DNA from: Antedon mediterranea
Lineage: Eukaryota > Animalia > Echinodermata
Direction: 5' to 3'
Length of the DNA: 64,000 bases
Assembly (NCBI RefSeq): GCF_964355755.1
Contig: NC_092675.1
Coordinates: forward strand, 9,543,812-9,607,811
The notes beneath the pieces are model-generated. The model had not been told where the DNA came from. It made no database searches and saw nothing but the letters and a program-made list of their open reading frames with translations. Below, in pieces: positions 63,723 to 64,000 of this stretch. The position numbers were made by a program, and so were the translations under genes. Position 1 is the stretch's first letter, and the number at the start of each line of letters is the position of its first letter.

Positions 63723-63804
63723 AAAGATGGATCAACAAATTTAAAAACTTTTCCTCCAGCATTTGTTGTTTTTGCAAGATCTGTTGTTAACATATAAATC
63801 TCGC
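63723..63804 (-). CDS. HHIPL: HHIP-like protein, internal exon
   Basis: ttttacag|GC...TT|GTAAGT. GEIYMLTTDLAKTTNAGGKVFKFVDPS resembles recalled HHIPL2 [27 protein letters not shown]. Confidence 0.88.
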
Positions 63805-63973
63805 CTGTAAAACATAATATACATACATTACAATATCCATCAGATTATTAACACATTGCATGAGAGATGTTTGTTTTTTTTGCGAATATTTATTAAGGGT
63901 GCCCCATGAGCCCCGGTAGGCTTTAGTGTACAAGAAATGAATCTACAAAACTATATTAGAAAAGCAAACCAAC

Positions 63974-64000
63974 CTGATTCGTCTTCTCCAAACGATAGGA
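63974..64000 (-). CDS. HHIPL: HHIP-like protein, partial exon at window edge
   Basis: LSFGEDES-G then donor CAG|GTTGGT. SFGEDExGE is the conserved end of the HHIP/HHIPL glucose-sorbosone-dehydrogenase-type propeller. Confidence 0.82.

Overview
AT-rich eukaryotic (animal) genomic DNA. A marine invertebrate, possibly an echinoderm, is my inference from style and content, not something the sequence proves. Three spliced protein-coding genes lie head-to-tail on the minus strand in the right half. (1) The 3' exons of an HHIP-like (HHIPL1/2 family) gene enter from the right edge. (2) A complete TGN46/TGOLN2-KCT2/C5orf15-family type I membrane protein gene has 5 coding exons (about 757 aa), two tandem copies of a Cys-rich lumenal module I do not recognise, a 17-aa acidic repeat stalk and a YRRL tail. 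(3) A complete 3-exon ANAPC16 gene (88 aa) has a 10.6-kb first intron filled with nested and palindromic transposons. I found no convincing exon in the left ~36 kb, which holds MITEs, a 2.8-kb foldback element, hairpins and a 78-bp minisatellite. Nearly all ORF-track entries are noise or antisense shadows. The most unusual signals are the duplicated Cys-rich domain, a possible splice switch between TGN46-like and KCT2-like tails, the nested transposon stack, and a strong excess of TA-bounded words (TAGGCCTA, TAGGCTA, TACAGTA) that resemble accumulated transposon excision footprints. No CRISPR, rRNA or prokaryotic system is present. All protein-family calls come from motifs recalled from memory, not from a database search.
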